The notes under the pieces: model-generated
Databases searched by the model: none
Told to the model about the DNA's origin: nothing
Seen by the model: only the letters and a program-made list of their open reading frames with translations
Shown here: positions 27,401-38,328 of the stretch, piece after piece
How positions within the stretch are numbered: the first letter of the stretch is position 1
Layout of the letters: the number at the start of each line of letters is the position of its first letter
Source: Scyliorhinus canicula
Lineage: Eukaryota
Length of the DNA: 64,000 bases
Reading direction: 5' to 3'
NCBI RefSeq assembly: GCF_902713615.1
Contig: NC_052149.1
Coordinates: 221,939,623-222,003,622 of the forward strand
Position numbers and translations under genes: made by a program

Positions 27401-28025
27401 CACAGCAATGTGGCTGACAATAAACTGCCCCTCTGAAATGGCAGAGCGAGCCCCTCAGTCCAAGGGGCAAATGGGGGTGGGAAATGAATGTTGGCCCTTC
27501 ACTGACACCAACATCCCATGAAAGAATTTGTTTTGAATCTCAATGCGAGGAAATCTACCACATTTTTCTGCCCCAGTATCCACATACATGGCGACATTTT
27601 AAATGAAAGACACTGAGGCAAGAACTATCTTGGACTAATCCCAACACCTTTTTTGTGTGTTTTGTCAATGAATCTACACATCGTCCAATCTCCACAGCCT
27701 GGGGCATTGGAACGCGGACGGTTTCCAATCTCCCAGCTACTTATCCTTCGGATTTTATACAATAACATACAATAATTAAACGTATAACCACATGGCTTAA
27801 GACTTTAAGTAGTTAATGCTTCTGTTTAAATAAACCTTAAACTGGCATTAGGGAGGATACATTGATGAGGGTAATGTGGTTTGGAAAGACCACGGATAAC
27901 TCTGACGGAATTGAGAAGTATTTTTTCCTCAAGTTGCTGGACTCCGGTTACTTCCAATGTTACTCACCGAATTCCAGGAGAAAAACGCTCAGACAAACCA
28001 GCAGGAAAATAAGCCCCGGCCTCAT
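6225..28025 (-). CDS. PDGFRL: Platelet-derived growth factor receptor-like protein (secreted, 3 Ig domains); complete 6-exon CDS: join(27968..28025,20951..21257,15516..15667,9808..10101,8101..8240,6225..6434), 1161 nt, 386 aa
   Basis: Six exons (58/307/152/294/140/210 nt) with GT-AG boundaries join into one open frame. Motifs match the PDGFRL family: KGRFQKP..LRCKG, NSTGADTGEYSCW, GSTYVFFT, ELFVP, AKVSLHREFP, VDFTWEFPGQ, AQNLQGKTTV. Lies directly downstream of an SLC7A2-like gene, as human PDGFRL does. Ortholog versus paralog status is unresolved. Confidence 0.93.
6513..6856 (+). mobile_element. tRNA-derived V-SINE (HE1-like)
   Basis: A/B-box head, central GGGTTTCCTCCGGGTGCTCC domain, CR1-derived tail. 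Other + copies: 14795-15075, 16784-17110, 24086-24407, 25817-26165, 34016-34358, 37748-38005, 38017-38273, 51790-51960. Confidence 0.9.
6881..7199 (-). mobile_element. tRNA-derived V-SINE (HE1-like)
   Basis: Same family on the opposite strand. Other - copies: 1132-1730 (interrupted), 18506-18800, 19036-19315, 19392-19733, 22062-22368, 28418-28753, 40630-40854, 44400-44570, 46923-47274, 48601-48836, 61670-61860. Confidence 0.9.
8101..8240 (-). CDS. PDGFRL: PDGFRL-like exon 5 (start of Ig3)
   Basis: Acceptor ttttctctctcag, donor CAG|gtaagc; encodes PSAPPSATITASSSSVSLGVNFNVTCTALGEIDIEVDFTWEFPGQQ. Confidence 0.95.
8790..9506 (+). mobile_element. CR1/L2-group LINE 3' fragment
   Basis: AQVRSVMEYFPLTWMRA..LNTIQGK; tail aatgaatgaatttttaaaaa. 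Confidence 0.7.
9808..10101 (-). CDS. PDGFRL: PDGFRL-like exon 4 (Ig2)
   Basis: Acceptor tttctctccgcag, donor T|gtgagta; encodes PRELFVPTNDYYEAVQLRTDRHTRLPCQVTNPLAKVSLHREFPP...VYCVASYQGLRQSSTKYLLIFTN. Confidence 0.95.
10294..12465 (+). repeat. 34-bp minisatellite, ~64 copies (GAGAAGCTTTGCGCAGGTCAAGGAGACACAGCCT)
   Basis: Directly visible head-to-tail array; variant units recur 850-918 bp apart. Confidence 0.98.
12466..14743 (+). mobile_element. CR1-clade LINE: 5'UTR, decayed ORF1 (Zn finger/leucine zipper + SGNH esterase, ~12961-13868), APE endonuclease, large internal deletion near 14548, intact 3' tail
   Basis: CSDC..CRKC, VIGDSIVRG, VVHIGTN; CFNARS, AITETWL, VYYRPP, MGDFNFP; then a jump to the ORF2 C-terminus (VVEAGTIATFKGHLD) and a (TTCTTTG)n-type tail. 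Confidence 0.92.
15516..15667 (-). CDS. PDGFRL: PDGFRL-like exon 3 (end of Ig1)
   Basis: Acceptor ccttgcag, donor G|gtgag; encodes ITHRERYSQLVVANSTGADTGEYSCWALYCDTETCRKDDSKMGSTYVFFT. Confidence 0.95.
17450..18023. mobile_element. GC-rich non-autonomous DNA transposon (Harbinger/PIF-like MITE)
   Basis: Perfect TIR GGGCTGGATTCTCCGT/ACGGAGAATCCAGCCC; 3-bp flanks CTG/TTG. Confidence 0.8.
18061..18243 (+). mobile_element. Second tRNA-derived SINE family
   Basis: tRNA-like head (GGTTCGATTCCC), body GGAATGTGGCGACTAGGGGCTTTTCACAGTAACTTCATTG, (TTTTCA)n tail. Related tails on - at ~20590-20810, 46190-46470 and 49590-49865. Confidence 0.75.
19854..20207 (+). mobile_element. Third tRNA-derived SINE family
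   Basis: GGTTCAAATCC B-box, conserved CTGGTTCACTAATGTCCTTCAGGGAAGGAAATCTG body. Other copies at ~22558-22935, 27172-27530, 41934-42245 and 47780-48150. Confidence 0.75.
20951..21257 (-). CDS. PDGFRL: PDGFRL-like exon 2 (basic N-terminus and start of Ig1)
   Basis: Acceptor ttgcttcctttag, donor AG|gtattt; encodes DCQKDEK...LLEKGRFQKP...LRCKGKHVSWAYPSYLDEEDEGRF. Confidence 0.93.
23168..23386 (+). mobile_element. Probable short solo LTR
   Basis: TGT...ACA termini, flanks GAGGG/TAGGG, CCCTTTAAG near the 5' end. Confidence 0.45.
23990..25030 (-). mobile_element. CR1 LINE 3' fragment containing a + strand SINE (24086-24407)
   Basis: HLEYCAQFW-type motif, LEFRRMRENLIE, TRGHNLRIRG; the SINE interrupts the 3'UTR. 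Confidence 0.75.
27968..28025 (-). CDS. PDGFRL: PDGFRL-like coding exon 1 (signal peptide MRPGLIFLLVCLSVFLLEF)
   Basis: ATG at 28025-28023, hydrophobic 19-aa stretch, strong donor G|GTGAGTA, phase 1 matching exon 2. Confidence 0.85.
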
Positions 28026-28330
28026 CGTGAAAGGTTAGGAATGGAAAAACTCCGAGGTTTTGCAGAAGCTCGAGACAAGCTCCGAGCCACACTGGGCAGC
28101 TGAATTCACACCAACACGTCGTTTCGCAGTGAAATATGGAGGGGAGAAGGGAATGGCTTTTCTTCAAACGGAATCAAAGGAGTCAGCTATTTCGCGCTCG
28201 ACAAAGTGTCCTCACAGGCAGCTGAGAGTCAACCCAGCAGAGCTTGGCAGCTGGAAGGGCAAACTCAATGGAAACCATTCAACAGCTCTGAGCACTTCAT
28301 AAACATCCACATGTTTCGCATACTTCCTTC
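28026..28330 (-). promoter_or_regulatory. Putative PDGFRL-like 5'UTR/proximal promoter
   Basis: Unique, CpG-containing sequence directly upstream of the ATG; three CAGCTG E-boxes (28097, 28219, 28248), each preceded by GG, and an ATCAAAG (28173). Confidence 0.45.
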
Positions 28331-28813
28331 AGTGTGGTGGCCACCTTTCCCAAATATATCTTAACAGCAATCGAAAAGTCACTATGAAGCCAAGTTGTAA
28401 ATATGCACGATGTAAAAACATAGAAATTTGGAGCAGAAGGAGGCCATTCGGCCCATTAAGTCTGCACCGGCCTTTGGATAGAGCATCCTCCTTATGCCCA
28501 CCTCTCCACCCTATCCCTGTAACCCAGTAACCCCCCCCCCCACCCTTTTGGACATTAAGGGGCAATTTAGCATGGCCAATGCACCTAATCTGCTCATCTT
28601 TGGACTGTGGAAGGAAACGGGAGCACCCGGAGGAAATCCACGCAGAAACAGGGAGAAAGTGCAAATTCCACACAGTCAGTAACCCGAGGCCGAAATTGAA
28701 CAGGGTCCCTGGAGCCGGGAGGCAGCAGTGCTAACCATTGTGCCACCGTGCCACGTATCAAATGGTTTACCCATATCACATGGTTTATTCCATACCCTCA
28801 GACTGTGACCCTG

Positions 28814-29487
28814 GGGACGGGATTCTCCAACCCCCCGGAGAATCCCTGGAGGGTGGCGCGAATCCCGCTCCGATGCTGGCTGCCATATTCTCCGGCGCCG
28901 GTTTTCGGGTGGGGTGGGGTTTACGCCGTGCCGTTCGGGGGCCGTTGGCAGCGCCCCCCCCCCGGCAATTCTCCGGGCCCAGATGGGCCGAGCGGCAGTC
29001 GTTTCCTGGCCAGTACCGCTGGCGTGAAATGGACATGGTCCATCACGGCGGGACCTGGCTTGTAGGCCGGCTAGGGGGGGGCTCGGGAGGATCCGGCCCC
29101 GGGGATGGGCGCCCACAGTGGCCTGGCCCGCGATTGGGGCTCATCGATCTGCGGACGGGCCTGTAACGTGGGGGCACTCCTTCCTTCCACGCTGGCCTCT
29201 GTAGGGCTGCGCCATGGCCGGCAGAGAGAAGAACCCCCCTGCGCATGTGCAGGAACACGCTGGCCAGCCTGTGCATGCGCGGAAACCATGCCGGTGGTTC
29301 TGCGCGTGCGCCACCTCGCGCCGGCCCTTCGCCGCTGGTTGGCGCAGCGCCAACCCCTCCTGCGCCGGCCTAGCCACCGGAACTGAGGAGGATTCTGCAT
29401 CTTCCGGTCGGCCCGATGCCGGAGTGGTTCGTGCCGCTCTTGACACCGGCATCGGGCCATCCTGCCAGTTGCGGAAGAATCCCGCCC
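28814..29487. mobile_element. GC-rich Harbinger/PIF-like MITE
   Basis: TIR GGG(A)CGGGATTCT/AGAATCCCGCCC, 3-bp TSD CTG/CTG. Related copies or fragments at 3214-3383, 30390-30783, 39985-40168, 42884-43540 and 48837-49570. Confidence 0.8.
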
Positions 29488-29514
29488 CTGGTTCTGGACT
29501 CCCCCACCATCCCC

Positions 29515-30388
29515 TTTTTTTAAATGTTTTTTATTGGATTTTTGCACAGAGTATATTTTACCGTTATGTACACAGGATATGATATTTCTATGTATCTGTA
29601 AGTAGGCATCCGTTTGTTTCGGCAAGGCACTTCCGGAGGGCAATTCTGGACTGGGTTTGGTGCCGACATTGCCCCTTGCTTCTCCCGGTCGGATTTCGCC
29701 ACCATTGTCTTCTCGTGCACGCTGCCCCTTCCGCCGGCCCTCTCATCCTCTGCCTGTGTTCTCCTTTTTCTCTGTTTCTGTCGATGTCAGGTTGGTTAAT
29801 GTTTCCCTGCCTCCCCCCCCCCCCCCCCCCCCCCACACCCTCCCTAGCTCTCCTCTATTGTTCCCTGTCTCGTCCCTCCTCCCCCACCCCCTGCAGTTCG
29901 CCTCTCCTTTCCTCCTCACCGCACACCCCCCATGGTTCGCCTTTCCTTCCTCTGAGAATGGGTTGTCCCTCCCCTCCTCTCCCATTCTATCTCCCTCTCT
30001 CATGCTTCGGCTGCTTTCCCCTGGCTATTCTTCTCCTTGTTGGTCACAAACAAGTCCCGGGAACAATCGGGTGAATGGCTCCCACGTTCTGTGGAAGCTG
30101 TTGTCTGACCCTCGGATGGCGAATTTAATTTTCTCCATTTGGAGAGATTCCGAGAGGTCAGACAGCCAGTCTGCAGCCTTAGGTGTTGCTGCTGACCGCC
30201 AGCCGAACAGGATTCTATGTCTGCCCTCCTCCCCAGAAATAGATCTGGCTGGTCTAAAACACCGAAGACCGCCACTTTCGGGCATGGCTCCACCATCACC
30301 CCCACCACTTTGGACATTGTCTCAAAGAAGGCAGTCCAGTACTCCACAAATCTGGGGCAGGACCAGACAATGTGTGCGTGGTTGGCGG
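29515..30388 (-). mobile_element. L1-clade LINE 3' fragment
   Basis: ANHAHIVWSCP..YW, ILFGWRS..WL..LQMEKIKFAIRGS..F..TWEPF (ORF2 C-terminus), G-rich 3'UTR, AATAAA and A-tail. Confidence 0.8.
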
Positions 30389-30944
30389 ACTGATCCTGCG
30401 GGGCGGCGGAGGAATAAAGAGTGCGCGGGTATCGGACCCGCTGCCCGCGATTGGTGCCCACTGATCGCAGGCCCATGCCACCATGGTGCGGACGTGCCAA
30501 TCGGTGCCATGGTTGTCCGGGACGGCACTTGGCAGCCGTTTTCACGAACGGTGAGAGCAGGTGTGTTTGCGTTCGTGAAAACGGCCGTAAAGGCCTGGGA
30601 ACTCGGCCCATCGGCCTGGGGAGAATCGCTGTTCGCCGTAAAAAACGACGAGCAGCGATTCGTGTCGTGGGGCGGCCATGGTGGGGGGGGGGGGGGGGGG
30701 AGAATAGCGGGAGGTCGGGAAAAATGTCAGGAAGGCCCTCCCGCTATTCTCCGACCCGTCGTGGGCAGCGGAGAATCGCGCCCATATCTTCAGCACATAT
30801 TCACCTGATATATCCTGCTATTTCTACTCTGACTAGCATGTGACACTGGTAGTAATCCTGAGACCACTATCTTTGATGCTCGACTTCTCTAATTTCTTCC
30901 TAACCCCATATATTCTGTTTTTGGGACCTCATTCCTTTTTTTTT

Positions 30945-33083
30945 ACAGTAAGAAGTCTAACAACACCAGGTTAAAGTCCAACAGGTTTGTTTCAAACACG
31001 AGCTTTCAGAGCGCAGCTCCTTCCTCAGGTGAATGGAGAGTTATGTTCCAGAAACATTTATATAGACAAAGTCAGAGATGCCGGACAATGCTTGGAATGC
31101 GAGCATTTGCAGGCAATCAAATCATTACAGATCCAGAGAGAGGGATAATCACAGGTTAAAGAGGTGTGAATTGTCTCAAGCCAGAACAGTTGGTGGAATT
31201 TTGCAAGTCCAGGCCAGATGGTGGGGGGGTGAATGTAATGCGACATGAATCCAAGATCCCGGTTGAGGACGCACTCATGCGTGCGGAACTTAGCTATAAG
31301 TTTCTGCTCGGCAATTCTGCATTGTTGCGTGTCCTGAAGGCTGCCTTGAAGAACGCTTACCCGGAGATCAGAGGCTGAATGCCCTTGACTGCTGAAGTGT
31401 TCCCCGACTGGAAGGGAACATTCCTGCCTGGTGATTGTCACACGGTGCCCGTTCATTCGTTGTCGCAGTGTCTGCATGGTCTCGCCAATGTACCACGCTT
31501 CGGGACATCCTTTCCTGCAGCGTATGAGGTAGACTACATTGGTCGAGTCGCACGAGTATGTGCCGCGTACCTGGTGGGTGGTGTTCCCACGTGTAACGAT
31601 GGTATCCATGTCGATGATCTGGCATGTCTTGCAGAGATTGCCCTGGCAGGGTTGTGTGGTGTCGTGGTCGCTGTTCTGAAGGCTGGGTAATTTGCTGCAA
31701 ACAATGGTTTGTTTGAGGTTGCGCGGTTGTTTGAAGGCCAGTAGTGGGGGTGTGAGGATGACCTTGGCAAGATGTTCATCTTCATTGATGATGTGTTGAA
31801 GGCTGCGAAGAAGATGTTGTAGTTTCTCCGCCCCAGGAAAGTATTGGACGACGAAGGGTACTCTGTGGTGTCCTGTGTTTGTCTTCTGAGGAGGTCGGTG
31901 CGGTTTTTTGCTGTGGCGCGTTGGAACTGTCGATCGATGAGCCGAGCGCCATATCCCGTTCGTACAAGGGCATCTTTCAGCATCTGTAGGTGTCTATTAC
32001 ACTCCTCCTTGTCTGAGCAGATCCTGTGTATACGGAGGTCTTGTCTATAGGGGTTGGCTTCTTTAATGTATTTTGGGTGGAAGCTGGAGAGGTGGAGCAT
32101 CGTGAGGTTATCTGTGGGCTTGCGGTAAAGCAAAGTGCTGAGGTAACCGTCCTTGATGGATATGAGTGTGTCCAAGAATGCAACAGAATTTGGAGAGTAG
32201 TCCATGGTGAGTCTGATGGTGGGATGGAATTTATTGATCTCATTGTGTAGTCGTTTCAGTGATTCTTCGCTGTGGGTCCAAAGGAAAAAAATGTCATCCA
32301 TGTATCTGGTGTATAATGTCGGTTGAAGGGCCTGTGCGGTGAGGAAGTCTTGTTCAAACTTGTGCATGAAGATGTTGGCATATTGAGGTGTGAATTTGGT
32401 CCCCATGGCTGTTCCATGCATCTGGATGAAGAATTTGTTGTCAAAGGTGAAGATGTTGTGATCTAGAATGAAGCAGATGAGTTGCAGAATTGCGTCTGGA
32501 GATTGGCAGTTGTCGGTGTTGAGGACTGAGGCTGTTGCAGCAATGCCATCGTCATGGGGGATGTTGGTGTAGAGTGCCGAGACATCCATTGTGACGAGGA
32601 ATGTTCCTGGTTCAACTGGTCCATGGGTGCTGAGTTTCTGTAGGAAGTCCGTCGTGTCGCGACAGAAGCTGGGCGTACCTTGTACGATGGGTTTCAGGAT
32701 GCCCTCGATGCGGCCAGAGAGGTTCTCACACAGGGTCCCATTGCCTGAAACGATAGGACGGCCTGGTGTGTTGGCCTTGTGTATTTTTGGGAGGCAGTAG
32801 AGATCTCCAATGCGGGGATTACATGGGATGAGAGCACGTAGGGTGCTCTGAAGGTCTGGATCCAAGGTCTTGATCAGTCTGTTGAGTTGGCGGATCTGTT
32901 CCTTGGTTGGATCTGCGGGTAACTGTCTGTAGTGTTCCTGGCTGTCGAGTTGTCGGTATACTTCTTTGCAGTAGTCCGTTCTATTCAGTATGACGGTGGC
33001 CCCTCCTTTGTCTGCTGGTTTGATGACGATGTTGCGGTTGGTCTTGAGAGCGCGGATGGTGTTGCGTTGTGCTTGGGTGACGT
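30945..33083 (-). mobile_element. Penelope-like element, 5'-truncated, with RT, GIY-YIG endonuclease and pseudo-LTR 3' end
   Basis: LPKIHK, GRPIVS, MDVSALYTNIP, GTAMG, RYMDDIF, LYRKPT; GIY-YIG NVVYLIRC..WYIGET; frameshift near 31860; terminal segment with hammerhead motif. Confidence 0.95.
30997..31031 (-). ncRNA. Minimal type I hammerhead ribozyme in the Penelope pseudo-LTR
   Basis: Minus strand reads CAC-CUGAGGA-A-GGAGC-UGC-GCUCU-GAAA-GC-UC-GUG: CUGANGA and GAAA core boxes, stem II, stem I CAC/GUG, palindromic AGCU in place of stem III. Confidence 0.8.
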
Positions 33084-34504
33084 TTTTTTTATACCTTTGT
33101 TGTTTATACCAATGTGTACCATGACCACTGGCTGTTCACTCTCCCCCGCCAGAATGTCCTGTAACCACTCTGAAACATCCTTCACCCGAGCACCAAGGAA
33201 CTTACATATCATCCTAATGTCCTGTTTGCGACCACAGAAAGGCCTATTTAATTCACTTACAATTGAATCCCTATAACTACTGCATTTCTTAACCATTTTA
33301 CTCCTCCCCCATACAACAGAGCCAACCTTGGTGAAATTAATTTGGCTGTTGCTAGTTTCCTCTGAGAGGCCATTGCCCTCAACAGTATCCAGAGCAGTGT
33401 ACCTGTTATACAGTGGAATCACCACAGGAGATTCTGCACTGCTTGCTTTTTCCTCTTGCTCTGCCTGATCGTCAATCATTCCCAACCTACCTGTGGCGTC
33501 TTAGCCTGCAGTGTGACCATCTCTCTAAATGTGCTTTCCATGATACTCCGTGCTTCGTGGATGCTCCACAGTGTCCGCAGCCGCCCCTCCAGCTCTGAAA
33601 CTAGGGCTACCAGAAACTGCAGCTGGAGACATTTCCTGCATACAAGCTAGTCCCAGGCACTGGAAATCTTCCTGGTTTCCCACATGAAGCAAGAGGAGCC
33701 ATGACTTACCCCTTTAAATTAAACCTCTGGAAGATGCTTAAAATCAGATTATATCCAATCCTCTCAGTACCATCTTTCCTGGTCCTCGTTAATACAGATA
33801 TAGTCCTTAAAAACAATGAACCGGAATGTGAGAGGCTGCAGGCCAATATTCCCACTCTTTGCTCCTTGGGTTTTGGCTCCACTTCAGTCCCAGGTGACTG
33901 ATTGTTGGTCACATGCTGGAGGATCATGGATCCTAATCATGGATCGACTCCAGGGATTGGGCAAGGTGACTGCAGGTCCAGTTTCGATACAACCCATGGG
34001 GGCAGTTGCTCTGATTGCGGTGGCACGCGGGTTAGCATTGCTGCCTCACAGACCCAGAGACCCGAGTTACATTCCAGCCATGGGTCACTGTCTGTGTGGA
34101 GTTTGCACTTTCTCCCCGTGTCTGCGTGGCTTTCCTCTGGGTTGTCCGGTTTCCTCTCTCAGTCCAAAGATGTGCAGGTTAGGTGGATTGCCCATGCAAA
34201 ATTGTACTTAGTGTCCAGAGGTGTGTAGTTTAGTTTAAGGGGTTATTGGGAGAGGGTGGGAGGCATGGGCTCAAGTGCAGTGGTCTTTCATGGGGACAGC
34301 ACAGACCCGCTGGGCTGAATGGCCTCCTTCTACACTGTGGGAATCCTATGATTCTATGAAATAATTCACATATGAGTAGCCCTGGAGAAGGAACATAGGG
34401 TGGGATTCTCCGCCCCCCCACACCAGATTTCTGATACATTCGAATACGTCGGCATTCTCCGTTTCACCAGCTGTTCTCTGGATTTCCCATTGCGGGGAAT
34501 TTTC

Positions 34505-36493
34505 ACCGATATTCACTAACTGACATTCATTCACTGACATTCATTCACTGATATTCATTCACTGACATTCATTCACTCATATTCATTCACTCATATTCAT
34601 TCACTCATATTCATTCAAAGATCTTCATTCACTCTTAATTCATTCACTGACAATCATTCACTGACAATCATTCATTGATATTCGTTCACTCACATTCATT
34701 CATTCATATACATTCACTGATATTCATTCACTGTTATTGATTCACTCATATTCATTCAAATATCTTCATTCACTGATATTCATTCACTGATATTCATTCA
34801 CTGATATTCATTCACTGACATTCATTCACTGACATTCATTCACTGATATTCATTCACTGATATTCATTCACTGACATTCATTCACTGATATTAATTCACT
34901 GATATTCATTCACTGACAGTCATTCACTAATATTCATTCACTGATATTCATTCACTGCCATTCATTCACTGACATTCATTCACTGACAATCATTCACTGA
35001 CAATCATTCACTGACATTCATTCACTGACATTCATTCACTCACATTCATTCACTGACATTCATTCACTCATATTCATTCACTCATATTAATTCAAAGATC
35101 TTCATTCACTCTTAATTCATTCACTCATATTCATTCACTGATATTCATTCACTGCCATTCATTCACTGATCTTCATTCACTGACAATCGTTCACTGATAT
35201 TCATTCACTGACAATCGTTCACTGATATTCATTCACTGATATTCATTCACAGAAGGTCATTCACTGATATTCATTCACTGACATTCATTCACTGATATTC
35301 ATTCACTGACAATCATTCACTGACATTTGTTCACTGATATTCATTCACTGACATTCATTCACTGATATTCATTCACAGAAGGTCATTCACTGATATTCAT
35401 TCACGGACATTCATTCACTGATATTCATTCACTGACAATCATTCACTGACATTTGTTCACTGATATTCATTCACTGACATTCATTCACTGATATTCATTC
35501 ACAGAAGGTCATTCACTGATATTCATTCACTGACATTTAGTCACAGACACTCATTCACTGATATTCAGTCACTGATATTCATTCACTGATATTCATTCAC
35601 TGATATTCATTCACTGATATTCATTCACTGACATTCATTCACTGATATTCATTCACTGATATTCATTCACTGACAGTCATTCACTAACATTCACTGACAA
35701 TCGTTCACTGATATTCATTCACTGACAGTCATTCACTCATATTCATTCACTCATATTCATTCAAAGATCTTCATTCACTCTTAATTCATTCACTGACATC
35801 AATTCACTAATATTCATTCACTGACATTTGTTCACTGATATTCATTCACTGACATTCATTCACTGATATTCATTCACTGACATTCATTCACTGATATTCA
35901 TTCACTGAAGGTCATTCACTGAAGGTCATTCACTGATATTCATTCACTGATATTCGTTCACTGACAATCATTCACTGACATTCATTCACTGACAATCGTT
36001 CACTGATATTCATTCACTGACAGTCATTCACTCATATTCATTCACTCATATTCATTCACTCATATTCATTCAAAGATCTTCATTCACTCTTAATTCATTC
36101 ACTGACATTCATTCACTAATATTCATTCACTGACATTTGTTCACTGATATTCATTCACTGACATTCATTCACTGATATTCATTCACTGACATTCATTCAC
36201 TGATATTCATTCACTGAAGGTCATTCACTGAAGGTCATTCACTGATATTCATTCACTGATATTCGTTCACTGACAATCATTCACTGACATTCATTCACTC
36301 ACATTCATTCACTGATATTCATTCACTGATATTCATTCACTGACAATCATTCACTGACATTCATTCACTGACATTCATTCGCTGATATTCATTCACTGAC
36401 ATTCATTCACTGATATTCATTCACTGACATTCATTCACTGAGATTCATTCACTGATATTCATGCACTGACATTCATTCACCGGCATTCATTGA
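34505..36493 (+). repeat. 14-bp minisatellite, ~140 copies (TGA(C/T)ATTCATTCAC)
   Basis: Directly visible; the variant block TTCAAAGATCTTCATTCACTCTTAATT recurs near 34614, 35091, 35760 and 36069. Confidence 0.98.
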
Positions 36494-38328
36494 TGCGTGT
36501 ACATGTTCCCCACAGAGTCTTGACTCCTCAATGACCCTCGCTCGGAGTGATCTGTTGCCTGTAAGAACACTATTCACGATGCCCTATGCTGCTCTTGCGC
36601 ATGTATTTGCTTTGTTTGACCCTTGTTCCGCACTGCACCAATGCCTGTTTGTCAATGTGCTTTGTAAATTATTCTTTTTGACTACTGTGTACATACTATG
36701 TTGGCCGCAGAAAAATGTTTTTCACTGTACTTCGTCCTTGTGACAGTCAATCAATCAATCAATGTTAGTTGTTGTTGCTGTAATAATGTGATCTCAACTT
36801 CAGTGCAATTTAGTAAAACATTTTTCAGTGTTGAAATGACTTTGCTCATGCACCATTTTTACATCTGAAATGAATGTTCCTTGTTTGCATTTTTCGGGGG
36901 GGAGAGTTTGTGATGAGCAACACAAATTACATTTGATGTAAGATTCAAATGAACCATTCTGCTTGAAAACGCCTCAACAACAAACTATTTATTTTATCAT
37001 GATTGTTCCACCATACTGCACTAATATTAGGAATAAAAAGCAGTAACATGTCTGTGTGATCCAGAGCATTACAGCACCAATTAGTGAATATTGAATTCTC
37101 TTTATCCGTTGAGTAACCAGCAACTGGTCTCAAATGCTTCGTGGTGAAGAGGCCTTCTGCCTCCTCCTTGAGGGGGGAAGTCGAACATGTTTTAAAAATA
37201 ATTTAAAAATAGGACCAAAATACTAAGAGTGCCATTAGCACCAAAGGTTGTTGTAATATTGTGCAATCTTAAGTGAATACACATTATAGTTGAGAGCGCC
37301 CAAGTTCATTGAGATCTTAGAATGGATGACAGTTCTACTTGTTGTCACCAAGGACGGGGTGGGATTCAGAGCCCAGGGGTGAAAGGACGGTATTCTATCT
37401 GAACACACCACATGAACCCAGTGCAAATATTTCAGAAATGCCAGCAGTGACAGAAAACAGGCACCAATTAATCCATTGCCAGATGAAAATCTTAAGCCTG
37501 TTCATGAGGTGTAGAGACCAGGCACTTGTGGTTGCATTTCATAAGCACAAATATATAAATACAACCCTGTCAATGCCTAGAGTAATACTATCTATTTTTA
37601 TACAGTATTCAATATGAAATCTGAGAGGAAAAAAGTCTATTGTGCTTAACATTATCACTTATAATTCTACTTGAACTGTTTTAATACTGGATAAATATAT
37701 ACAAGAAACTAATAATCTTCCTCGTTTAAATCTTTCTTTTTCTTGGAAGCACGGTAGCATTGTGGATAGCATAATCGCTTCACAGCTCCAGGGTCCCAGG
37801 TTCGATTCCGGCTTGGGTCACTGTCTGTGCGGAGTCTGCACACCCTCCCCGTGTGTGCGTGGGTTTCCTCCGGGTGCTCCGGTTTCCTCCCACAGTCCAA
37901 AGATGTGCAGGTTAGGTGGATTGGCCATGTGAAAATTGCCCTTAGTGTCCAAAATTGCCCTTGGTGTTGGGTGGGGTTACGGGGTTAGGGTGGAAGTGTT
38001 GGCCTAAAAGAAAAAAGGGCAGCACGGTAGCATGGTGGTTAGCATAAATGCTTCCCAGGTTTGGTTCCCGGCTGGGTCACTGTCTGTGCGGAGTCTGCAC
38101 GTCCTCCCCGTGTGTGCGTGGGTTTCCTCCGCGTGCTCCGGTTTCCTCCCACAGTCCAAAGATGTGCGGGTTAGGTGGATTGGCCATGCTAAATTGCCCG
38201 TAGTGTCCTAAAAAGTAAGGTTAAGGAGGGTTAGGTTAGGGCCTGTTCTGTGCTGTACTGTTCTATGTTCTATGTTAAGTTCGTTTCTCAATCTTTTGTT
38301 GTATGCCATGTTGAGTTGTTCGGAACTT

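Larger units (their letters stand above)
30784..33720 (-). mobile_element. Older CR1 ORF1 fragment split by the Penelope insertion (33090-~33720 and 30784-30944)
   Basis: ESPVVIPLYNRY..DSIV..GARVKDVSE..VMVHIGINNKGIKK continues after the Penelope as KRNEV..IVVSGLLPVSHASQSRN; T-runs on both sides of the insert. Confidence 0.85.

Noticed and set aside
6225-28025. Calling the Ig gene a true PDGF/VEGF receptor tyrosine kinase
   Set aside because: The frame stops after the third Ig domain, with no transmembrane or kinase exon.
28676-29643. Dense overlapping ORFs in GC-rich patches (also 17.4-18.0, 42.8-43.5, 48.8-49.6, 58.1-58.8 kb) as bacterial/HGT genes or true CpG-island promoters
   Set aside because: They lie within TIR-bounded repeated elements; stop-codon scarcity follows from the GC content.
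29657-30808. 383-aa + strand ORF as a novel gene
   Set aside because: It is antisense read-through of an L1 3' fragment fused to a GC-rich MITE; low complexity, no recognisable domain.
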